From assembly GCA_965249475.1 (NCBI GenBank), contig CBDFMD010000003.1, forward strand, positions 1,868,561 to 1,932,560: 64,000 bases of DNA, read 5' to 3'. Of this stretch, positions 48,131 to 54,991 are shown piece after piece. Positions within the stretch are counted from its first letter, which is position 1. Each line of letters begins with the position of its first letter. The notes under the pieces were generated by a model, which saw only the letters and a program-made list of their open reading frames with translations, was not told the DNA's origin and did not search any database. Origin of the DNA: Fimbriimonas sp. (GTDB lineage Bacteria > Armatimonadota > Fimbriimonadia > Fimbriimonadales > Fimbriimonadaceae). The translations under genes and the position numbers were made by a program.

Positions 48131-48561
48131 AGCGAAAGCCCACCGAACCCCTCGCCCCCGAGCCGCCGGCTCCCGATCCGAAGGCGATCCTCGCCGCCGC
48201 GCTGAAGGCGGCCGCCGACGCCGAGCGGTGCGCGGTCTTCGCGACGCTCGTGCGCCCCGACGGCCGCCGCTTCCAGATCGCCGTCCCCGAACCGAACGTC
48301 GCGATCTCGCTCGAGGACGTCGCCGTCGCGATGGGGGAGACCCTCGCCAAGGCCGCACGGCTCGCCGGGCTGGACCCGGCGTCGCCGAAGATCGGGCCCT
48401 CCCTCATCGAGGCGTTCTCGGCGGGGCTCGGGATCCGGACGCTCGCGGCGACGCGGGAGCAGATCCCCGCGATCGCGGCGGCGCTGGAGGGCGCGGACGC
48501 CGGAGAGTCGGGCGTCGAGATCGGGGCCGGCGTCCCCATGCCGAAGGTGGCGCGTGGCTGA
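48127..48561 (+). CDS. Hypothetical phage protein upstream of RecT (144 aa)
   Basis: ATG at 48127 in an ATGA overlap. No recognisable motif. Confidence 0.5.
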   Translation: MKRKPTEPLAPEPPAPDPKAILAAALKAAADAERCAVFATLVRPDGRRFQIAVPEPNVAISLEDVAVAMGETLAKAARLAGLDPASPKIGPSLIEAFSAGLGIRTLAATREQIPAIAAALEGADAGESGVEIGAGVPMPKVARG

Positions 48562-49801
48562 GGCTCCGCTCGGGCTCGGTTCGGGGGGCGAAGGCGCGGA
48601 CGGGATCGACGCGCGCTGGGAGGCGAACCTCGACCTCATCCGCCGGACGGTGGCGCAAGGGGCGAGCCCCGACGAGCTCCGCCTCTTCCTCTACACCGCC
48701 AAGCGCGCCGGGCTCGACCCGCTCGCCAAGCAGATCTACTACGTGCGCCGGCAGGGGAAGGGGACGGTGCAGGTCGGGATCGACGGGCTCCGCCTCATCG
48801 CCGACCGCACGGGCCGGTACGCGGGAGGGGACGCCGCCGAGTTCCTCGGGGAGACGGACGCCGGGATGCCCGCGATCGCCCGCGTCACCGTCTACAAGAT
48901 GGTCGGCGGGGTGCGGTGCCCGTTCTCGGCGACGGCGCGCTGGGAGGAGTACTACCCCGGCGAGGCGCAGGGCTTCCAGTGGCGCAAGATGCCGCACGTG
49001 ATGCTCGCGAAGGTGGCCGAGGCGCTCGCCCTGCGCCGCGCCTTCCCCGCGGACCTCTCCGGGCTCTACGTCACCGAGGAGATGGCCCAGGCCGGAGATC
49101 CGGAGCGCGAGGCGACGTCCGGGACGGCCCCGCCCGCCCCCGATCCCTCTCCGGATCCCTCTCCCGATCCCTCTCCGGGGCCGTCCCCGGCGGGGAGGGC
49201 GAAGGGGGGTCCCGGGCTCCCGCCCGCGCCCGAAGGTGTCTCGGCGTTCGGGTACCGTCCGCCGAAGTGGCCGAGCGCGAAGATGCTCGGGGAGCCGGCG
49301 ACGGAGGACCAGTTCCGCATGCTCCGGGTGAAGGCGGGCGAGCGGCACCTCGCCGAGCAGGAGGCGTCGTCCGTGCGCGAGGCGGTCCTCGCGGCCTACG
49401 CCCTGGACGAGGACGCGAGCAAGGGGGCGATCTCGCTCGTCATCGACTTCCTCCAGGCGGCGAGCCCGGCGCAGCTCGACGCGGCGCGGGGGGTGAGGAA
49501 GCCCGCCGGCGCGGCGACTCCCGCGCCGGACGAGGAGGGCGGGCGCGAGCTGCGGCCGCTCCCCGGCATGTCGGCGGACGTCGCGTGGTTCGCGGCGCTT
49601 CCCGGCTCGACCGAGGGGCAGATGGGGCGGACGAGGGCGGCGGGGAAGGTCCTCGGCCTCACGGCGCAGTTCCTCCTCGGGCGCGAGCGGCGGGAGGGCG
49701 GGCGCGAGCCGGAGGCGATCGTCCGGGCGATCGAGGCGCGCGCGGCGGCGAAGGCGGGCGCCTCTCCCGGCCCCGCCGCGGAAGGGGAGGCGGGGCGGTG
49801 A
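48554..49801 (+). CDS. recT: RecT/Bet-family single-strand annealing recombinase with long C-terminal extension
   Basis: LFLYTAKRAGLDPLAKQIYYVRRQGKGTVQVGIDGLRLIADRTGRYAG...WRKMPHVMLAKVAEALALRRAFPADLSGLYVTEEM. This is followed by a PDPSPDPSPDPSPGPSP linker and about 220 further residues. Confidence 0.8.
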   Translation: MAEAPLGLGSGGEGADGIDARWEANLDLIRRTVAQGASPDELRLFLYTAKRAGLDPLAKQIYYVRRQGKGTVQVGIDGLRLIADRTGRYAGGDAAEFLGETDAGMPAIARVTVYKMVGGVRCPFSATARWEEYYPGEAQGFQWRKMPHVMLAKVAEALALRRAFPADLSGLYVTEEMAQAGDPEREATSGTAPPAPDPSPDPSPDPSPGPSPAGRAKGGPGLPPAPEGVSAFGYRPPKWPSAKMLGEPATEDQFRMLRVKAGERHLAEQEASSVREAVLAAYALDEDASKGAISLVIDFLQAASPAQLDAARGVRKPAGAATPAPDEEGGRELRPLPGMSADVAWFAALPGSTEGQMGRTRAAGKVLGLTAQFLLGRERREGGREPEAIVRAIEARAAAKAGASPGPAAEGEAGR

Positions 49802-50103
49802 CGCGCCTTGCGCGGATCCTCGACCGCTACGATCGGAAGGAGGCCCCCCGTTCGGGGGACTTCCCGTTCCTCGTCCGGATCGCGCGGGCCTCGGTGCGGG
49901 CGCGGCACGCGGCGGGGCGGTACTACCGCTCGCCGAAGAGCGCGGCGGAGAAGCGGGAGCTGCTCGACGCGGCGAAGGCGGCGGAGTGCGCGCTCGACGC
50001 GCTCCTGAACGAGGAGGAGAACCCGCCTCCGGCGGACCTCTTCGCCCTCGCGGACGCGGAGGGCGGGATCGATCGCGCCTCGCCCGCGGGAGGCCTCTCC
50101 TAG
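49798..50103 (+). CDS. Hypothetical phage protein (101 aa)
   Basis: GTG at 49798 in a GTGA overlap. VTRLARILDRYDRKEAPRSGDFPFLVRIARASVRARHAAGRYYRSPKSAAEKRELLDAAKAAECALDALL... Confidence 0.45.
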   Translation: MTRLARILDRYDRKEAPRSGDFPFLVRIARASVRARHAAGRYYRSPKSAAEKRELLDAAKAAECALDALLNEEENPPPADLFALADAEGGIDRASPAGGLS

Positions 50104-50104
50104 G

Positions 50105-50386
50105 ATGGCGCGGGGGCTCACGGACCTTCAGCGGCGGGTCCTCCTCTTCGTGATGGCGAGCACGATCGAGGAGGGGGCGTCGCCGACCCTGCGGGACATC
50201 GGGTCGCACCTCGGGATCCGGTCCGTGCGCGGGCCGGAGGAGCACGTGAAGGCGCTCGTGCGCAAGGGGTTCCTCGCCCGGCGCGACTCGGGGGCGCGGG
50301 CGATCGTCGTGCTCCGGGACGCGGACGGGGCGCGGGTGCGGCTGGCGTTCGTGCCGGTCGAGGGCGAAGAGGAGAGGCGAGGGTAG
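50105..50386 (+). CDS. LexA N-terminal DNA-binding domain protein (no peptidase domain)
   Basis: 93 aa. MARGLTDLQRRVLLFVMASTIEEGASPTLRDIGSHLGIRSVRGPEEHVKALVRKGFLARRDSGARAIVVL aligns by eye with E. coli LexA residues 1-70 (LTARQQEVFDLI...G.[28 protein letters not shown]). Confidence 0.75.
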   Translation: MARGLTDLQRRVLLFVMASTIEEGASPTLRDIGSHLGIRSVRGPEEHVKALVRKGFLARRDSGARAIVVLRDADGARVRLAFVPVEGEEERRG

Positions 50387-50405
50387 CGATGGCCGGGGGG
50401 GAGGC

Positions 50406-51551
50406 TTGAGCTACCGGATCATCCACGCGGTGGGGCGCTCGACGCTCACGGCGACCGAGGGGTTCGTCCTCATCATGCTCGCGAACTGCGCGGCGAAGGA
50501 GGGGGACGCGGTGCGCGTGAAGAACGACCGGCTCATGCAGCTGTGCAACCTCTCGGACAAGGGGGTGAGGAACGCGATCGCGGCGCTGAAGGCGCGGGGC
50601 GTCGTCGTGGAGGTGGCGCGGCACGCGAACAACGTGGCCGAGTACCGGATCGACGTCGAGGCGATCGCGCCCCCGCCTTCCGCCGACGCTCCGGCACGTG
50701 GTGCCGAAGAGGGCACTCCGGCACCACGTGCCGAACCACTCCGGCACGACGTACCGGGCACTCCGGCACCACGTGCCGAACCACTCCGGCACGACGTACC
50801 GGGCACTCCGGCACCACGTGCCGAACCACTCCGGCACGACGTACCGGGCACTCCGGCACCACGTGCCGAACCCTATAGAGAGGACTCTCCAGACCTTTAT
50901 CCAGACCTCTCTTCCAGACCCTTATCCAGAGAGAGAGGGGAGGAGGCGCGCGCGGGCGCCCCGCCGGGGGAAGGGGAAGCCGATCCCCACCCCGCTCCGG
51001 GGGACGACCCCGCGACGGCCCGGCTCCTCGCCGCCGTCCTCGCCGCCGTCCGGGAGGTGCCCGCCTGGCGCTCCCTCGGCGAGGCGGACCTGCCCGATCT
51101 CCCGTTCGTGCGCCGGCAGATCGGCCTGGCCACCGAGGCCGGCGCCGACGAGGCGCGGCTCCTCGACGCGATCGCCGGGTTCGGGGCGCACTACCGGCGG
51201 TGCGGCGGGCGCGGCTCCCCGATCGCCGACCTCGCGAGCTGGCTCACGAAGCGCCGCGCCGAGTGGGCGAGGGAGCGCGAGGCGATCGACCGGCGGGCGA
51301 GCAACGCCCGCCGCGACGAGATCTTCGAGGGCGCGGCCAGGCGCCGGAACGCGCCGGACCCGCCGGCGGGAGCCGAACGCCCCGACCGGCCCGAGCGCCC
51401 CGCGAGGCTCCTCCCCCGGCGCCAGGGGTTCGTCCTCGCCGGCGGGGAGATCCGCGAGAAGTTCGAGGGGGACGACCTTCCGGGCCGGGTGCACGGGACG
51501 ATGGAGGGGGCGCGGGAGGCGCTGAAGGCGCTCAAGGGCCTCGCCGCCTGA
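50406..51551 (+). CDS. Phage replication initiator-like protein (N-terminal winged-helix) containing an internal iteron array
   Basis: LTATEGFVLIMLANCAAKEGDAVRVKNDRLMQLCNLSDKGVRNAIAALKARGVVVEV is a wHTH. It is followed by GTPAPRAEPLRHDVP repeated 3.6 times. Position is between the recombination and late modules. Confidence 0.55.
   Translation: MSYRIIHAVGRSTLTATEGFVLIMLANCAAKEGDAVRVKNDRLMQLCNLSDKGVRNAIAALKARGVVVEVARHANNVAEYRIDVEAIAPPPSADAPARGAEEGTPAPRAEPLRHDVPGTPAPRAEPLRHDVPGTPAPRAEPLRHDVPGTPAPRAEPYREDSPDLYPDLSSRPLSRERGEEARAGAPPGEGEADPHPAPGDDPATARLLAAVLAAVREVPAWRSLGEADLPDLPFVRRQIGLATEAGADEARLLDAIAGFGAHYRRCGGRGSPIADLASWLTKRRAEWAREREAIDRRASNARRDEIFEGAARRRNAPDPPAGAERPDRPERPARLLPRRQGFVLAGGEIREKFEGDDLPGRVHGTMEGAREALKALKGLAA
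50688..50872. repeat. Iteron array: 3 identical 45-bp units plus a partial 4th and a degenerate leader copy
   Basis: Unit ggcactccggcaccacgtgccgaaccactccggcacgacgtaccg at 50712, 50757 and 50802, with a partial copy at 50847-50872. CTCCGGCAC occurs 8 times at 22/23-bp spacing. Each copy sits in a short inverted repeat (CGGCAC-CAC-GTGCCG). Confidence 0.9.
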
Positions 51552-51609
51552 ACGCGTCCGGCGTCTGCATCTTGCTCGCGTCCTTGGAGGACGTTCAGAA
51601 TAAGTCCAC

Positions 51610-52227
51610 GTGCCTACCGCGCCTCCGTCCACCGATCTCCCGCACCCCCTCTGGCTCGACATCGACCGCCAGCTCTGGGGGATCGCGCGGCGGTACCAGG
51701 GCGGCCGCGCCGAAGCCTACGCCGAGGATCTCCACGGCGAGCTCGTCCTCCACGCGCTCCTCACGATCCGGGAGCGCGGGCCGGACGTGCCGGCGAGCTG
51801 GATCGTGAGGCCGGCGCAGAACCGCCTCGTCTCGTGGCTCCGCAAGCAGGGGGTGCGGAACCTCGACCTCCCGCAGATCGCCGACCCGCGCCGCCGCTCG
51901 GCCCCGCCCCTCACCCGGCTCGACGCCTTCGACCTGGAGGCCGACTGGTACGAGGCGATGTCCTCGGACGTGACTTCCGAGGACGCCCGCCGCGGCGCCG
52001 AAGCGGCGGCGGTGCCGAGCCACGAGGAGCGCATCCTGGACCATCTCGCGGGAACGGCGGACGCGCGGCGCGCGGCGGCGGCGCTCGCAGGATCGCTCTC
52101 CGGGGCACTCCTGGAGGGCGGGGGCGTTCCCCTTCGCCGCGCGTCCCTCGGACGGTGGCGGCGCACGCTCGCGCGCACGGGTCCTCCGCGCGCGCCGCGC
52201 GAACGTCTAAATGTAGGGAGCGGATAG
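51610..52227 (+). CDS. Sigma-70 region-2-like protein (candidate phage late-gene sigma/regulator)
   Basis: GTG start. LWGIARRYQGGRAEAYAEDLHGELVLHALLTIRERGPDVPASWIVRPAQNRLVSWLRKQ follows the sigma70_r2 pattern (AEDL..E...... W......N....WLRK). The C-terminal part is only weakly r4-like. Confidence 0.4.
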   Translation: MPTAPPSTDLPHPLWLDIDRQLWGIARRYQGGRAEAYAEDLHGELVLHALLTIRERGPDVPASWIVRPAQNRLVSWLRKQGVRNLDLPQIADPRRRSAPPLTRLDAFDLEADWYEAMSSDVTSEDARRGAEAAAVPSHEERILDHLAGTADARRAAAALAGSLSGALLEGGGVPLRRASLGRWRRTLARTGPPRAPRERLNVGSG

Positions 52228-52530
52228 ATGGCGGCGGCGAGGGCGAAGACGGGCACGGGGACGAAGACCGGGGGGCGCGCGAAGGGCACCCCGAACAAGA
52301 GCACCGTGGCGAAGAGGGAGGGGATCGAGAGGCTCCTCGACTCGGGTTGCGACCCGTACCGGGCGATGTACGAGCTCGCCCAGCATCCCGACACGCCCCT
52401 CGACGACCGGATGTCGCTCCTCCGGACGCTCATGAAGTACTCGTACCGCGAGCTCCTCGCCGAGTCGGACCCCAACGCGGCAGGGGGCGGGTCGGAGACG
52501 AGCATCATCGCGATCGCGCTGAACAAGTAG
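52228..52530 (+). CDS. Small basic phage protein (possible DNA-binding / small-terminase-like)
   Basis: 100 aa. N-terminal GGRAKGTPNKST basic motif. Lies upstream of the packaging genes. Confidence 0.4.
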   Translation: MAAARAKTGTGTKTGGRAKGTPNKSTVAKREGIERLLDSGCDPYRAMYELAQHPDTPLDDRMSLLRTLMKYSYRELLAESDPNAAGGGSETSIIAIALNK

Positions 52531-52532
52531 GG

Positions 52533-52552
52533 GCGCGTCGTTTCCGGCGATG
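52533..52552 (+). promoter_or_regulatory. Conserved 20-nt late-region element, copy 1 (GCGCGTCGTTTCCGGCGATG)
   Basis: Exact 20-mer. Its terminal ATG is the start codon of ORF 52550..53083. Confidence 0.8.
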
Positions 52553-53083
52553 GCCGCGAGCGCCCCCACCCCCGAAGACACCGCCGACCTGAAGAAGCAG
52601 ATCGCCGACCTGAAGAGCGAGGTCGCCGCCAGTGGCAAGGATCTCGCCGCGGCGCGCGCCAAGATCCGCGACCTGGAGGGCGCGGCGATCGAGAACGGAC
52701 GCCTCGTCGGCGAGCAGGAGGCGCAGAACCGGGACCTCGCCGAGAAGGTGAAGTCCCTTGAGGGGAAGGCGGAGGAGGAGGGAGAGGCCCCGTTCCCCCT
52801 CGATCTCGTCCCCCAGGAGCCGGACAACCCGCTGAACCTCGTCCACGCGAGCGAGTCCGTCCCGATGGAGCACGGCGACTTCGGCTACCACCGCGCCGTC
52901 AGTTGCGCCCAGGACGCGGGCTACCAGATCGACGCGCTCCGGACCCGCGCCCTCGGCGCCGTGAACGCGGCGTTCGCGCTCGAGCGGCTCGGCCAGGTCC
53001 GCCAGACCGGAGAGCCCGAGTGGCGGGGCTTCCCGCCGTTCGACCCTTCGAGGTCGCTCCACGTCGCGGTGTGGATGGAGTAG
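52550..53083 (+). CDS. Hypothetical phage coiled-coil protein (177 aa)
   Basis: DLKKQIADLKSEVAASGKDLAAARAKIRDLEGAAIENGRLVGEQEAQNRDLAEKVKSLEGKAEEE. The start codon is embedded in the conserved element. Confidence 0.55.
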   Translation: MAASAPTPEDTADLKKQIADLKSEVAASGKDLAAARAKIRDLEGAAIENGRLVGEQEAQNRDLAEKVKSLEGKAEEEGEAPFPLDLVPQEPDNPLNLVHASESVPMEHGDFGYHRAVSCAQDAGYQIDALRTRALGAVNAAFALERLGQVRQTGEPEWRGFPPFDPSRSLHVAVWME

Positions 53084-54981
53084 TGCCCGACCGCCTCAAC
53101 ACCCTCCAGACCGGCCATCTCAGCGCGGCCTCGCCCTACGACGCCCAGCTCTCGGCGCTCGGGGACGGCTCCCACGAGCTCGCCGGGCTCCAGCTCCTCG
53201 GCGATCTTCCGGGGCACCTCGACCGCGTGAGCTGGCCCGACGTCCTCGCCGCGGGCGAGGCGCTCTTCGTCGCCTCGCGCGACGGAGTGGCGGGCACGTC
53301 GCAGTGGACCCCGTGGAGCTCCGCCTCGACGCCCGCGCAGACCGGCGCGGGAACGGCGTTCGCGATCGGGCCGCCCGATACGGCCTCGCTGACGGCGGGG
53401 CAGAGCACGAAGGCGCTGGCCCGCGCGGGCTACCTGCGGGGGCTGGTGCCGGCGGGGGCCGCGGTGTACGAGGTGCAGGCGCGCCTCGCCGAGGCGAACG
53501 CCCCGGGGCTCTCGCGCTCGGCCTCGGTCTCGACCCCCCTCGGCACCGGGCCGTCGCAGACGGGGACGCCGGGCGGGGCGACGACCCTCCCCTTCGCCTC
53601 GGGGCCGATGACCGACCGCGCGGGGATCGAGGCGGGCGGGCTCGCGGCGGCGCTGAACGTCTCCTACCCCGCGGGCGGGGCGCAACAGACGGCGCCGACG
53701 ATCGCGGACGGCGGGCCGGCCCTCCCCCAGGGGGCGACGGTCTCGACGGACTGGAGCCTCGCCATCGCCGACGACCTCCGCGGCTACCGCTCCGGCACCG
53801 ATCTCGCCGAGGTCGATGCGACGTCCTCCGTGCCGGTCGGCGACGGGACCGGCACGACCACGAACTTCCACGGCGGGGTGACCGGACAGACGGCCTGGGT
53901 TCAGGAGCGGACGTTCCGGATCGCCTCGAGCCGAGGGGCGACGCAAGGCGGGGTCCCGTTCTACGTCCAGGCGCGGCTCGCGGGCAAGTTCACGGTCGTG
54001 GTCACGTGGGTCGGGTCGGGGCCGCCCCCGGCGACGGTGACGCTCGCGATCCAGTCGCGCGCGGCCTCCTACTACGAGGATCCGGCGACGACCACGCGGG
54101 CCGGCGACAACGGCTACGGCGATCCGGACGGGGTGCTCTCCTCGCCGGACGGGCTCGTGCAGATGCCGACGTCGTTCGCCGGCCGCACCGGCGGGCGCAC
54201 CGTGGTCGTCCCCGTCGTCGGCGGCGTCGCGACGCTCGACGTGCCGGTGTCCTCGACGGGGCGCAAGACCCTCGCCTCGCCCGCGCAGGGCCAGATCTTC
54301 TCGACGTGGGCCGAGGTCGTCCTCGGCGCCTCGCCCATCCAGACCCAGGCGCCGCTCGCCTATTCGGGGACGGTGGAGATGCGGGCGCGGTACGGGACGG
54401 GCGGCACCGGCGCCGGGTCGGCCACCGTGCGGCGCACCGTCCTCCGGCGCCGGGCGGCGGTGAGGATCGACGTCCCCGCGGGCGAGCTCCTCAACCTCGC
54501 GCAGGGGTACGACGGCGCGCCGTGCCTCCGTTTCCTCGTCCCCGACGACGACCGGACGCTCGCCCTCTCGGCGAAGATCGAGGTCCCGCCGGGGGCCGAG
54601 CCCGCGCTCTGGTTCGTCGGGCTCGCCTCGGGGGCGCCGCTGACGAGGACTGGCCTCGCCGCCGTGGACGCGATCGGCTTCCTCGGCGGGGCGCTCGTCG
54701 GCGGGATCAAGGCCGTCGTGTCTCGGGGGGGTGCCGCGATCCTCGCCGACCTCGGGCCGACGCCCGCCGGGCCGGTCGCCCTCGGCCTTCGCGCGGTGAA
54801 GGGGCCGTCCCGGATCGAGTTCCTCTTCGGCGAGGCGCGGCTCCTCCACCCCACCCTCCTCGTGCCGACCCTCCCGCTCGCCCTCGCCCTCGGCGCCGTC
54901 GCCCCCGCGGCCTCCCCCGCGCGGCTCGATCTGCTCCGCCTCTTCGCGGGCCAGAACGCCGAAGCGCCGAACGTGCGCTGA
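53083..54981 (+). CDS. Large Gly/Ala/Thr-rich phage protein of unknown function (632 aa) immediately upstream of TerL
   Basis: In-frame GTG at 53083, overlapping the previous TAG by 1 nt. High GC3 coding signal. Hydrophobic C-terminal segments (LLVPTLPLALALGAVAPAA). Confidence 0.55.
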   Translation: MPDRLNTLQTGHLSAASPYDAQLSALGDGSHELAGLQLLGDLPGHLDRVSWPDVLAAGEALFVASRDGVAGTSQWTPWSSASTPAQTGAGTAFAIGPPDTASLTAGQSTKALARAGYLRGLVPAGAAVYEVQARLAEANAPGLSRSASVSTPLGTGPSQTGTPGGATTLPFASGPMTDRAGIEAGGLAAALNVSYPAGGAQQTAPTIADGGPALPQGATVSTDWSLAIADDLRGYRSGTDLAEVDATSSVPVGDGTGTTTNFHGGVTGQTAWVQERTFRIASSRGATQGGVPFYVQARLAGKFTVVVTWVGSGPPPATVTLAIQSRAASYYEDPATTTRAGDNGYGDPDGVLSSPDGLVQMPTSFAGRTGGRTVVVPVVGGVATLDVPVSSTGRKTLASPAQGQIFSTWAEVVLGASPIQTQAPLAYSGTVEMRARYGTGGTGAGSATVRRTVLRRRAAVRIDVPAGELLNLAQGYDGAPCLRFLVPDDDRTLALSAKIEVPPGAEPALWFVGLASGAPLTRTGLAAVDAIGFLGGALVGGIKAVVSRGGAAILADLGPTPAGPVALGLRAVKGPSRIEFLFGEARLLHPTLLVPTLPLALALGAVAPAASPARLDLLRLFAGQNAEAPNVR

Positions 54982-54991
54982 CGAGGCGTCC

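Noticed and set aside
49135-49190. 12-bp repeats (cccgatccctct / ccggatccctct …) in recT
   Set aside because: It is a short in-frame (PDPS)n proline linker between two protein regions and is not an independent genetic element.
50688-50872. Possible CRISPR array suggested by perfectly repeated 45-bp units
   Set aside because: - The units are contiguous with no spacers.
- They lie in-frame within a coding gene.
- No cas genes are nearby.
- They are interpreted as iterons or coding tandem repeats instead.
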